DNA from: Pseudomonadota bacterium | Lineage (GTDB): Bacteria > Pseudomonadota > Gammaproteobacteria > Methylococcales > Methylomonadaceae | Length of the DNA stretch: 51,274 nucleotides | Reading direction: 5' to 3' | Assembly: GCA_041169045.1 (NCBI GenBank) | Contig: JBEEJU010000154.1 | Span: 1-51,274 of the forward strand | Part shown: piece by piece, positions 1-10,633 of the stretch | Numbering within the stretch: the stretch's first letter is position 1 | Layout: the number at the start of each line of letters is the position of its first letter | Notes under the pieces: generated by a model | What the model was told of the DNA's origin: nothing | Databases searched by the model: none | What the model saw: only the letters and a program-made list of their open reading frames with translations | Made by a program: the position numbers and the translations under genes

Positions 1-11
1 TAAGGAGCATT

Positions 12-1487
12 ATGTCTTTTCAAAATTTATCGTTAGGTTCAACATTAATAATTATTGGTTTAATTACTCAATCATTTTGTGTTCAAGCTGAAAAACCTTT
101 ATATACTAAACCGCCATTTGCGGCTTTTACTAGTCAAATGCCAGATGCTTTATTAGGTAATAGCAAATATCAAAAACCGGTGTGGAATTTACATGATTAT
201 TTGCAATTACCAAATTGGTTGGAATTAAATATAGAACAGAGAACTCGTTATGAAACTTTAAGTGGTTCTTATCGAAAAGGCACGAATGGTGGCGACCAGC
301 AAATTCCATTACAAACCTCATTATGGTTAGCTGCGCATTTAAATCATTTTCGGATTGCCGGAGAGTTTTTAGATGCTCGTCAATGGGGTTCAGATTCGGG
401 TTCTGGAGTCAATAATACGCAAGTTAATAGCACAGATTTAATTCAAGCTTATTTAGCTTGGTCAACGCAGAATTTAGCCTATAGTGGTTATGGTGCTGAA
501 TTTATGATTGGACGGCAAACTTTAAATTTAGGTAGTCGTCGATTAGTCGCACGCAATTATTTTCGCAATACGATTAATAGTTTTGAAGCAATTAAATTTC
601 GTTTAACCGATTATGAGAATTGGCAATTACAAGCCTTTGTTTCATTACCCGTTAATCGTTATCCTTCTGCTAGTAACGATATTTTACAAGGTGGACAAAG
701 TTTTGATACTGCTGATGGTCATACTTGGTTTTCAGGATTCTTTTTGGAAGGATTTAATTTAATGGGTAAACTCAATAGTGAATTATATTTATATCATTTA
801 GATGAAAGTGATAGTGAAAAAGTAGCCACTCGAAACCGCCGTTATTTCACCCCAGGATTACGATTATTTATTAAACCGATTAAAGGAAATTTTGATTTTC
901 AATCTGAAACGATAGGACAATTTGGTAGTGTACGCGCCACTAATTTAAATACAGATAATCTTAATTTAACTCATAAAGCTTGGTATCAACATTTAGATAT
1001 AGGCTATACTTTTGATATAGTGTGGTCGCCCAGATTAGCTTTTGAATATGATTATGCTAGTGGTGATCATAATCCCAATGATAATATTGATCAGCGTTTC
1101 GATAGTTTATATGGTGCGCGTCGATTTGATTTTAATCCGACAGGGATTTATGGAGCCTTTTCTCGCAGTAATATTAATAGTCCGGGTTATCGAATTAATT
1201 TCTCACCTAATTCAACTATTCAAGCACAAATTGATCATCGATTCTTTTGGTTAGCAGCGGCAAAAGATATGTGGACAACTGCTAATTTACAAGATAAAAC
1301 AGGTAACACAAAAGATTTTATTGGACATCAATTAGATATTTCGTTACGGTGGGATATGAATAGCAGTTTAAATCTCGAAACGGGTTGGGCGCATTTATTC
1401 AAAGGTGCATTTGCAAAATATGTCCCTAATGCTCCAGAAGCCGGAGATTTAAATTATTTTTATGCGCAAAGTATATTAAGATTTTAA
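12..1487 (+). CDS. Outer-membrane beta-barrel protein, alginate-export-like porin (tentative family)
   Basis: AAGGAG RBS at 2-7. Signal-peptide-like N-terminus (...GLITQSFCVQA/EKP). About 490 aa, rich in Y/F/N/G with strand-like alternation, and a C-terminal ...SILRF typical of OM barrels. Lies directly upstream of modABC. The family name is from memory only. Confidence 0.55.
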   Translation: MSFQNLSLGSTLIIIGLITQSFCVQAEKPLYTKPPFAAFTSQMPDALLGNSKYQKPVWNLHDYLQLPNWLELNIEQRTRYETLSGSYRKGTNGGDQQIPLQTSLWLAAHLNHFRIAGEFLDARQWGSDSGSGVNNTQVNSTDLIQAYLAWSTQNLAYSGYGAEFMIGRQTLNLGSRRLVARNYFRNTINSFEAIKFRLTDYENWQLQAFVSLPVNRYPSASNDILQGGQSFDTADGHTWFSGFFLEGFNLMGKLNSELYLYHLDESDSEKVATRNRRYFTPGLRLFIKPIKGNFDFQSETIGQFGSVRATNLNTDNLNLTHKAWYQHLDIGYTFDIVWSPRLAFEYDYASGDHNPNDNIDQRFDSLYGARRFDFNPTGIYGAFSRSNINSPGYRINFSPNSTIQAQIDHRFFWLAAAKDMWTTANLQDKTGNTKDFIGHQLDISLRWDMNSSLNLETGWAHLFKGAFAKYVPNAPEAGDLNYFYAQSILRF

Positions 1488-1523
1488 TTTCTCATTCATG
1501 ATCATTTTTATTCAATAATAAGC

Positions 1524-2297
1524 ATGTTTAATTATTATTTACGCTACAGTTTTATTTTAATTATATTATCATGGCATTTTGCAGTATTTGCTGAAACGAC
1601 TTTAGTCGCAGTTGCTTCCAATTTCGCAAAACCCATGAATGAAATTGTGAATCAATTTGAAAAAACAACCGGACATCAAGTCAAATTATCTTTAGGTTCA
1701 ACCGGTAAATTTATCACGCAAATTGAGAATGGCGCGCCTTTTGAAATTTTATTAGCTGCTGATGAAGAACATCCACAACAATTAATTCAATCTGGTTATG
1801 CGGTTGCACAAAGTCAATTTACATATGCGATTGGAAAATTGGTTTTATGGTCAGCGATTCCAAATTTAATTGATGCTCAAGGACAAATTTTAACTCAAAA
1901 AAGTTTTAAACATCTCGCAATTGCTGATCCTAAATTAGCTCCATATGGCGTAGCAGCAATTGAAACGTTAAAACAATTAAAATTATTGGATCAATTACAA
2001 CCTTTATTCGTTCAAGGTGAAAATATTGCACAAACTTATCAATTTATTCAAACGGGTAATGCTGAGTTAGGGTTTATTGCTTTATCACAAGTAATTGATA
2101 AAAATAGAATTTCTCAAGGATCAGCGTGGATAATTCCTGAAACTTTATATACGCCAATTCGACAAAATGCGATATTATTAAATAAAGCGGAGGCTAATCC
2201 AGCAGCGATTGCTTTATTATCTTTTTTAAAATCTCCAATTGCCATCGCTATTATTGAAAAATATGGTTATCATTTACCCAATTCAATTAAACAATGA
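1524..2297 (+). CDS. modA: Molybdate ABC transporter, periplasmic substrate-binding protein
   Basis: Signal peptide followed by a ModA-like sequence (VAVASNF..., LSLGSTGK, ADPKLAPYG). Its stop overlaps the modB start (ATGA). Confidence 0.85.
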   Translation: MFNYYLRYSFILIILSWHFAVFAETTLVAVASNFAKPMNEIVNQFEKTTGHQVKLSLGSTGKFITQIENGAPFEILLAADEEHPQQLIQSGYAVAQSQFTYAIGKLVLWSAIPNLIDAQGQILTQKSFKHLAIADPKLAPYGVAAIETLKQLKLLDQLQPLFVQGENIAQTYQFIQTGNAELGFIALSQVIDKNRISQGSAWIIPETLYTPIRQNAILLNKAEANPAAIALLSFLKSPIAIAIIEKYGYHLPNSIKQ

Positions 2298-2980
2298 TGT
2301 TATCTACTGCGGATATTATTAGCTTAAAATTAACTATTGAAATTGCGAGTTTATCCACTTTATTTATTTTATTATTAGGCACGCCATTAGCTTGGTGGTT
2401 AGTTAATACTCGTTCGAGATGGAAGCAATTAATTAATGCTTTAATTGCTTTGCCTTTAGTCTTACCGCCAACCGTATTAGGATTCTATTTATTATTAATT
2501 ATGGGCCCTTCGGGATGGATTGGACGATTGACCCAATTATTAGGTTGGGGATTATTACCTTTTAGCTTTTCCGGCTTAATTATGGCATCGATGTTATATT
2601 CATTACCGTTTGTTGTTCAACCTTTACAAACCGCATTTACTGCGATTGGTCAATTGCCTTTAGAGGCAGCAGCAACTTTAGGCGCGAATCCACTTGATCG
2701 TTTTTTTACCATTGTGATTCCATTAGCTAAATCTGGATTTTTAACTGCGGGTATTTTAGGATTTACTCATACCATAGGCGAATTTGGAGTGGTATTAATG
2801 GTCGGGGGTAATATTCCAAATCAAACTCAAGTCGTTTCTGTACAAATTTATAATCATGTTGAGGCTTTAGAATATACTGAGGCGCATCAATTAGCTTCGG
2901 TATTATTATTATTTTCACTATTTGCTTTAATTTTATTATATACCATTATTAAAAATCCTATTCCCATAGATATTCAATGA
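2294..2980 (+). CDS. modB: Molybdate ABC transporter permease
   Basis: A 228-aa polytopic membrane protein of CysT/ModB type. Translationally coupled to both modA and modC through overlapping stop/start codons. Confidence 0.85.
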   Translation: MMLSTADIISLKLTIEIASLSTLFILLLGTPLAWWLVNTRSRWKQLINALIALPLVLPPTVLGFYLLLIMGPSGWIGRLTQLLGWGLLPFSFSGLIMASMLYSLPFVVQPLQTAFTAIGQLPLEAAATLGANPLDRFFTIVIPLAKSGFLTAGILGFTHTIGEFGVVLMVGGNIPNQTQVVSVQIYNHVEALEYTEAHQLASVLLLFSLFALILLYTIIKNPIPIDIQ

Positions 2981-4050
2981 CGGTATTGATTAATTGTTAT
3001 CATAAACAAGGTGAATTTGAATTAATTGCGGATTTAATTTTGCCCGCACAAGGGATTAGCGTATTATTTGGTCATTCAGGATCGGGTAAAACCACTTTAT
3101 TAAAATGTATTGCCGGATTACAACGTCCAATTCAAGGATTAATTAAGATTAATGGACAGTATTGGCAGCGAAATGATCCGCCATTTTTTTTACCTACTCA
3201 TCAACGGCGATTAGGTTATGTTTTTCAGCAAGCCCATTTATTTCCGCATTTAACGGTAAAACAAAATTTACAATATGGTATTAAGCGTGTTTCTCATCCA
3301 CCTTCTACAGAATATTGGCAATTTTTATTACAATTATTTGATATTGAATTTTTATTAGCGCGTTATCCACATTCTTTATCCGGTGGTGAACGACAACGAG
3401 TGGCAATTGCGCGAGCATTAGCAACTCAACCGCAATTGTTATTAATGGATGAACCATTAGCGAATTTAGATTATTTGCGTAAACAAGAAATTTTGCCATT
3501 TTTAACGCAATTAACCAAACAATTTCAGATTCCAATCATTTATGTCACGCATGATTTACAGGAATTAATACGATTAGCCGATTATGTAGTGATTTTACAT
3601 TCGGGCAAAATAATGACTGCGGGTGGATTAACCGAAACCCTTGCACAATTATCATGGATAAAAAGCGAATTTATGGTAGCTACAACGGTTTGGTTAATCA
3701 CAATTATGACTCATGATCAAGAAAATGGTTTAACTGAAATTGAATCTCCAGCGGGGCGACTATATTTACCTTATATTAAGGCAAATATAGGTAATGAATT
3801 TCGTTTACAAATTGGTGCTACTGATGTCAGTATTTGTTTAGAATATCCGCAATTTAGCAGTATTTTAAATATTTTACCCGCCGAAATTAAGGATTGTATT
3901 GAAAATAATCAACAACAATTAATGGTACGTTTGCATTTAAATCAACAGCCATTATTAGCCCAAATTACGCGTAAATCTTGGCAACAATTGCATTTACAAA
4001 TTGGGATGAAAGTGTATGTACAAATTAAAAGTACCGCATTAATTATTTAA
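2977..4050 (+). CDS. modC: Molybdate ABC transporter ATP-binding protein with C-terminal TOBE/Mop-like domain
   Basis: Walker A GHSGSGKTT, ABC signature LSGGERQRV and Walker B LLLMDEPL, plus a ~120-aa C-terminal extension as in ModC. Confidence 0.85.
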   Translation: MTVLINCYHKQGEFELIADLILPAQGISVLFGHSGSGKTTLLKCIAGLQRPIQGLIKINGQYWQRNDPPFFLPTHQRRLGYVFQQAHLFPHLTVKQNLQYGIKRVSHPPSTEYWQFLLQLFDIEFLLARYPHSLSGGERQRVAIARALATQPQLLLMDEPLANLDYLRKQEILPFLTQLTKQFQIPIIYVTHDLQELIRLADYVVILHSGKIMTAGGLTETLAQLSWIKSEFMVATTVWLITIMTHDQENGLTEIESPAGRLYLPYIKANIGNEFRLQIGATDVSICLEYPQFSSILNILPAEIKDCIENNQQQLMVRLHLNQQPLLAQITRKSWQQLHLQIGMKVYVQIKSTALII

Positions 4051-4059
4051 TTACCGAAC

Positions 4060-4470
4060 TTATTGATAAGTGCGTCCTAAATATTTCAACCAGCCATTTG
4101 GATGACGTTGTTGTGGATCATGATGCGTCCAATGAACAACGCCGCCTAATTCATTCCATTCGTATTCGCCATAAAATTGAATTCTATTACCTACTTTTAA
4201 GGTGTCAATTTTGGGTGCAATATCGATATTATGTGCAATTAATATTGTTAATTGCGGCGATAATTGTACTAAAAAACGTTGGTGTCTATCGCCTTCTATA
4301 TCATCCGGCAAAGATTTAACAATTCTGCCTTGGGCTGACACTTGTAAATTACTTTTTTGAGTCGCAAAAGCTCGTTGAATATCGCGCACACTGGCTTGAG
4401 TAGAAGCGGTATATAAACCAAATATCAACGCAATTGCTGGAATTAAAGCGGCAATCATTTTAAGTAACAT
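4060..4470 (-). CDS. Secreted small protein, DUF3465-like
   Basis: N-terminal signal peptide. The C-terminal ...GEYEWNELGGVVHWTHHDPQQRHPNGWLKY... matches my memory of DUF3465 proteins. Confidence 0.5.
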   Translation of the reverse strand: MLLKMIAALIPAIALIFGLYTASTQASVRDIQRAFATQKSNLQVSAQGRIVKSLPDDIEGDRHQRFLVQLSPQLTILIAHNIDIAPKIDTLKVGNRIQFYGEYEWNELGGVVHWTHHDPQQRHPNGWLKYLGRTYQ

Positions 4471-4556
4471 CAGAAAATCTCTCTCAACATAAAATAAGAT
4501 TCTATTTTAAAATAGATAAAGCCTATCGTAAACCAAAAATGATATTTTATTTAGTT

Positions 4557-5618
4557 TTATTTTACGCATTTAATTTGCTTAATCCAAAAATCTATAATTA
4601 TCAAGGGGATGATGGCTATTATTAATAATATTAAGTCTAATTGCGGATAATAATTTAGCAAAATTACTAAAGGTAATAGCCAAAATAAATGAATAATGAT
4701 TAATAAATAATTCACTTGTCTATGAGCTAAACTGCGAGCAAGATTTAATTCAACAGATTGCGCATATTTTTGCATTAAATAACGGCTATAAATTTGATAA
4801 CTGTGATTCGCATGAGCTTGATACCAAACTTCTTTTGCGAATATTCTTTGGATTAAAGTTAAACTGCTATCGACAATAAACGGTGATAATAAAATTAACC
4901 AATTATAAAAATAAATCGGATCATTAATAGCAGAAATTAAGATTAAAATTGCAAACATAAATCCTAAAAAACCACTGCCAATATCGCCCATAAAAATTTT
5001 TGCGGGCGACCAATTCCATAACCAAAATCCGCTAATGCTGGCAGTTAATAATCCTAATATTAAACTTAATTCAATTTGTGATTTAAATAAAAATAAAACT
5101 GCCATTGTAATGCTCACTAAAATAGCTTCTGTGGCGGCTAATCCATCAATTCCATCCATAAAATTATATAAATTAATTAACCATAGACTAGCAAAACTAT
5201 ACAATAAATAGCTAAATAAACCTAAATCCAATAAATGATTAGCGATAGAAATCAAAGGTAAATTTGAGAAACTACTTATACTAATCATAACCGCTATACA
5301 TTGAATTAAAAATCGCCATTGAGTCGCAATTGAATAATAATCATCGAGTAGACCGATTCCAGAAATTAAAATTGCAGCAATTAAAAGACGATTAAAAACA
5401 ATATTCGGCATGATTATCCACTGTTGCTGAATTGAAATAGTTAATCCAATTAGAAAAATACTGACAAAAATTACCCCCCCAGCTCTAGGCGTAGGTTGAG
5501 AATGTGAACTGCGATGATTAGGATGATCTAATAAATTGGATTGACGGGAATAGTTTTGAAACCAACCGGTTAATATAAAACTGCTTAATAAAACAATGAG
5601 TATAATAATACTTAACAT
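4557..5618 (-). CDS. Glycosyltransferase family 4 (WecA/MraY-type polyprenyl-phosphate sugar-1-phosphate transferase)
   Basis: Polytopic membrane protein carrying LLDD, NFMDGIDGL and MGDIGS motifs typical of the MraY/WecA family. Overlaps the upstream epimerase gene by 7 nt. Confidence 0.7.
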   Translation of the reverse strand: MLSIIILIVLLSSFILTGWFQNYSRQSNLLDHPNHRSSHSQPTPRAGGVIFVSIFLIGLTISIQQQWIIMPNIVFNRLLIAAILISGIGLLDDYYSIATQWRFLIQCIAVMISISSFSNLPLISIANHLLDLGLFSYLLYSFASLWLINLYNFMDGIDGLAATEAILVSITMAVLFLFKSQIELSLILGLLTASISGFWLWNWSPAKIFMGDIGSGFLGFMFAILILISAINDPIYFYNWLILLSPFIVDSSLTLIQRIFAKEVWYQAHANHSYQIYSRYLMQKYAQSVELNLARSLAHRQVNYLLIIIHLFWLLPLVILLNYYPQLDLILLIIAIIPLIIIDFWIKQIKCVK

Positions 5619-6586
5619 ATAAATTTATTTTTAGATAAATACGCGACTATTTCTGCTATACTATTTTTTAATTGATACTGTGCTTGAAAACCTAATTCGG
5701 TTTGAATTTTATTTGACGAGTATTCAGCATTGGAGATTAATTTGGTTAATTTTTCTGAATTAAACGGTAAAGTATAATGAATTAGCAATTGTAAATAATC
5801 AGCGATTAATGCCGCGAATTGCAAACTCTTAAGCGGTAAATACCAACGGGGAATGGGGAGTTTTAAAGCGATGCAAATCCATTGATATAATTCTCGAGTT
5901 GAATAAATTTGCCCATCGGTAACAATATAACATTGATTCGCAGCCGCTGGTAATTGAGCTGCTAATATCATCGCTCGCGCTACGTCTTCAACATGAATCA
6001 TCGAACGTCGATTCGCAATCGGCGGCATAGGCGGAAACCATCCTTTTGCAATCGCGCGAATCATTTGTGGCAAATGTCCTTTATCAGTATTGCCATACAC
6101 CATGCACGGGCGAATTACTACTGAATGCGCAATTTGATTTTCTGTCAAAACTCGTTGTTCTGCCGCATATTTTGATTGTCCATATAGGGTCGTTGCTGGA
6201 GCTGACCACGATTCGTCACTGCAATTTTCACAATCGCCCACCGCTTTTACGCTACTTAAATAAATAAATCGTTTGACTCCAGCTTGTTGTGCTGCGTGCA
6301 ATAATTTTTCCGTCGCTAGATAATTAACTTGATGATATTTATCATGATTTGTTATTTTTCCGCTCAATTCGTGTGCTAAACCGGCTAAGTGAAATACCGT
6401 ATCTATGCCTTCGCAGGGATTGCTGTGCCAAACAGAGTCAGTTAACTCTAAATACAGTGTTTTATCGACGGTTAAAGTAGCGGGCTGGCGCACTAAAGCG
6501 GTGATTTTTAGCGGCAGTTGGATTAATTGGCGAATTAAAACCTGAGCAATAAATCCCGAAGCACCGGTGATTAAAACGTTTTGCAT
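5612..6586 (-). CDS. NAD-dependent sugar epimerase/dehydratase (SDR family)
   Basis: MQNVLITGASGFIAQ Rossmann motif and a YGQSK catalytic YxxxK. I place the start at the ATG at 6584-6586 rather than at the ORF-track start 6628. Confidence 0.75.
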   Translation of the reverse strand: MQNVLITGASGFIAQVLIRQLIQLPLKITALVRQPATLTVDKTLYLELTDSVWHSNPCEGIDTVFHLAGLAHELSGKITNHDKYHQVNYLATEKLLHAAQQAGVKRFIYLSSVKAVGDCENCSDESWSAPATTLYGQSKYAAEQRVLTENQIAHSVVIRPCMVYGNTDKGHLPQMIRAIAKGWFPPMPPIANRRSMIHVEDVARAMILAAQLPAAANQCYIVTDGQIYSTRELYQWICIALKLPIPRWYLPLKSLQFAALIADYLQLLIHYTLPFNSEKLTKLISNAEYSSNKIQTELGFQAQYQLKNSIAEIVAYLSKNKFIC

Positions 6587-6703
6587 AGTGATAATTAAAT
6601 AAAAGTTATTTTTAAAATTCACAATCAAGCGGTTGTGAAAAATCTGCTAAAATAAAAATCAATTTTTGTTTAACCAATCCATTTTAATAGGTTTTATTGC
6701 TAA

Positions 6704-9472
6704 ATGAGTGATTTTATTTGTGGTCAACGTTGGATGAGTCATACTGAATCAGAATTAGGTTTAGGATTAATTGCTGATGTCAGTTTAAATCGAGTAACGG
6801 TTTTATTTTTAGCTACCGGTGCAAAACGAATTTATGCCCGAGATAACGCGCCATTAACTCGAGTACAATTTGCGGTAGGGGATATTATTGAATCGATTGA
6901 TAATCTCAAAATCACGGTTAAAAAAATTCGTTCTCAAAAAGGCTTATTAATTTATAGCGGTATTACGGAACAAGGCGATAAAATTGAATTAGAAGAAATT
7001 GATTTAAATCATCGTTTACAATTTAATAAACCACAAGAACGTTTATTTAGTGGACAATTTGATCCTAGTCATTGGTTTTTATTGCGCTATGAAACTTGGC
7101 GTAAATTACAACAACATCAACAATCGCCAATTAAAGGATTACAAGGCGGACGCACTTCATTAATTCCGCATCAATTATATATTGCATATGAAGCAGCGAA
7201 TCGATTTGCCCCCAGAATTATGTTAGCTGATGAAGTCGGATTAGGTAAAACGATTGAAGCGGGATTAATTTTACATTATCGTTTATTAAATAAATTAACT
7301 GAGCGTGTATTAATTATTGTTCCAGAAAGTTTATTACATCAATGGCTAGTCGAAATGTTACGCCGATTTAATTTACGCTTTAGTCTATTTGATGAAAGTC
7401 GTTGTTTAGAATCGACCGGAAAAGACAATCCATTTTTATCGGAACAATTAATTTTAGCCAGTCAGCAATTTTTTTCGCGTTATCCGAAACGACAAGCGCA
7501 AGCTTTAACTGCGAATTGGGATATGGTGGTGGTTGATGAAGCGCATCATTTAGAATGGCATCCTGAACATCCTAGTGCGGATTATCAATTTGTGGAACAA
7601 TTAGGATTAGTTACGCCAGGATTAATTTTATTAACCGCAACACCGGAACAATTAGGTAAACAAAGTCATTTTGCGCGATTACGTTTATTAGACCCCGATC
7701 GTTTTTATAGTTTTGCCGTTTTTTTAGCAGAAGAACAACAATTTGAACCGGTAGCAATTGCGGCAAAAGCTTTATTAGCCGGCGAAAATTTAGAGAAAAA
7801 AGCACACGATGATTTAAAACAATTGGTCAAACATGATAATGTCGAAACATGGTTAAATGATTTAAATCATCCTAAGAAATCCGAAGCCGCTAAAGAGCAA
7901 TTAATTCAGGTTTTATTAGATCATCATGGTACGGGTCGCATTTTATTTCGCAATTCACGTCAAACGGTACAAGGATTTCCTCAACGTCAACGAACTGCTT
8001 ATCCTTTAAGCGGAATTGCTAATCCAAATCAATTACGCGAAGACCCGTATTTTTTATGGCTGATTAATCAATTAAAAGTTTTAAAACCTCAACGTGTCGT
8101 TTTAATTTGTCATTTAGCAGAAACCGTTATTGAATTAGAACAAGCTTTACGTCAACGGGGAATTGCTGCTGCGGTTTTTCATGAAAAAATGACGATTGTA
8201 GAACGTGATCGCGCTGCCGCTTATTTTGCTGATCAAGAAAGTTCAGCGCAAATTTTAATTTGTTCCGAAATAGGGAGCGAAGGACGTAATTTCCAATTTG
8301 TGCATCATTTAATTTTATTTGATTTACCGACTAATCCTGATTTATTACAACAGCGAATTGGGCGTTTAGATCGAATTGGACAAAAACAAATTATTCAATT
8401 ACATATTCCTTATATCGAAAAAAGTCCACAACATATTCTATATCGTTGGTATGATGAAGGTTTAAATGCGTTTCATCGGAATTGTTCTGCGGCTCAAGCG
8501 GTGGCTGATCAATTAGAAACCGAATTAAATCAATTATTACATTCGCAAGATTGGACAATAATTGAAGCTTTTATTGAAAAAACGCAACAATTAACGGCTG
8601 AAATTGAATGGCAATTACAACATGGTCGAGATCAATTATTGGAATTAAATTCTTGTCGTCCGCAACAAGCAAATGCTTTAATTAAATTAATGCAACAACA
8701 AGAGCAACAAGATTTATGGAGTTATACTGAAGCTTTATTCGATTGTTTTGGCGTAGATATTGAAGCGCATTCTGAGGATTGTTATATATTACGTCCGAGT
8801 GAAAGTTTACGAGTGGCGCATTTTCCTTTTTTAATCGAAGAGGGAATGACGGTTACGGTGAATCGTGAAATTGCATTAGCCCGAGAAGATATGGCATTTA
8901 TCACTTTGGAACATCCAATGGTGACAGCGGCAATGGATTTGGTTTTATCGACTGAAACCGGAAATGCGAGTGCAAGTGTGATTCGACATCCGAAATTAAT
9001 TGCTGGACAATTTTTATTAGAAATGTTGTTTATTGTTGAATGTAGTGCGCCGGATTATTTACAAGTGCAACGCTTTTTACCGCACACGCCAATTCGGATT
9101 TTAATTGATGAACAACATCGTGATTTATCCGAAATAATTAGTCATCAGAGTTTTCAAGAAACGGCTGAACCGATTAATGCAGAACAAATTAGTCGTTTTT
9201 TAAATACTGAACGCAAAGCGATTTTAGAATTGCTAAAATCAGCGGAATTAAAAGCGAAAAAACAAATGTCTGAATTAATTAAGCAAAGTCATCAACAAAT
9301 GTTAGCTTCATTAACGGGTGAAATTAAACGTTTAGTGAGATTGAAAAAAATTAATCCTAGTATTAAAGAAGAAGAAATCGAACAACTGAAAGATGTCACC
9401 ATTTTATTACATGAAAATATTAATGCGGCACAATTACGTTTAGATGCGATTCGATTTTTAATTACGCATTGA
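6704..9472 (+). CDS. rapA: RNA polymerase-associated SWI2/SNF2 ATPase RapA (HepA)
   Basis: The N-terminus GQRWMSHTESELGLGLI is RapA-like. Helicase motifs LADEVGLGKTIEAG, DEAHHL and GSEGRNFQF plus QRIGRLDRIGQ are present. Length 922 aa. Confidence 0.85.
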   Translation: MSDFICGQRWMSHTESELGLGLIADVSLNRVTVLFLATGAKRIYARDNAPLTRVQFAVGDIIESIDNLKITVKKIRSQKGLLIYSGITEQGDKIELEEIDLNHRLQFNKPQERLFSGQFDPSHWFLLRYETWRKLQQHQQSPIKGLQGGRTSLIPHQLYIAYEAANRFAPRIMLADEVGLGKTIEAGLILHYRLLNKLTERVLIIVPESLLHQWLVEMLRRFNLRFSLFDESRCLESTGKDNPFLSEQLILASQQFFSRYPKRQAQALTANWDMVVVDEAHHLEWHPEHPSADYQFVEQLGLVTPGLILLTATPEQLGKQSHFARLRLLDPDRFYSFAVFLAEEQQFEPVAIAAKALLAGENLEKKAHDDLKQLVKHDNVETWLNDLNHPKKSEAAKEQLIQVLLDHHGTGRILFRNSRQTVQGFPQRQRTAYPLSGIANPNQLREDPYFLWLINQLKVLKPQRVVLICHLAETVIELEQALRQRGIAAAVFHEKMTIVERDRAAAYFADQESSAQILICSEIGSEGRNFQFVHHLILFDLPTNPDLLQQRIGRLDRIGQKQIIQLHIPYIEKSPQHILYRWYDEGLNAFHRNCSAAQAVADQLETELNQLLHSQDWTIIEAFIEKTQQLTAEIEWQLQHGRDQLLELNSCRPQQANALIKLMQQQEQQDLWSYTEALFDCFGVDIEAHSEDCYILRPSESLRVAHFPFLIEEGMTVTVNREIALAREDMAFITLEHPMVTAAMDLVLSTETGNASASVIRHPKLIAGQFLLEMLFIVECSAPDYLQVQRFLPHTPIRILIDEQHRDLSEIISHQSFQETAEPINAEQISRFLNTERKAILELLKSAELKAKKQMSELIKQSHQQMLASLTGEIKRLVRLKKINPSIKEEEIEQLKDVTILLHENINAAQLRLDAIRFLITH

Positions 9473-9482
9473 TCATTTTTAT

Positions 9483-9527
9483 GCGATATTGAAATTGTGT
9501 AGAGACGTTGCAGGGCAACGTCTCTAC
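9483..9527 (+). repeat. REP-like element copy 1: 16-nt flank plus 12-bp-stem palindrome
   Basis: GCGATATTGAAATTGT is followed by GTAGAGACGTTG-CAGGG-CAACGTCTCTAC. The reverse complement of the same unit occurs at 43842-43886. Confidence 0.8.
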
Positions 9528-9532
9528 TGTTT

Positions 9533-9534
<2 letters not shown>
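9499..9534 (+). terminator. Probable intrinsic terminator of rapA, lying between convergent rapA and argB
   Basis: Perfect 12-bp stem (9499-9510 / 9516-9527) with a 5-nt loop, followed by TGTTTTT on the + strand. Confidence 0.65.
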
Positions 9535-10456
<922 letters not shown>

Positions 10457-10633
10457 TTAAAAAAAATGGTTGAGTGTAAAGTTGAAAATTAAGTAGCGTC
10501 AATGGCTTTATGTCAATTCGCCACGATAATTGCACATTGATCTGTGTTCAATCTTTGATATTTCCACGATAATAGCGTTTTACAGCATTCTTGCTAAACA
10601 TGATTCTTTTTTATATTAACAAAGGTAAACACA

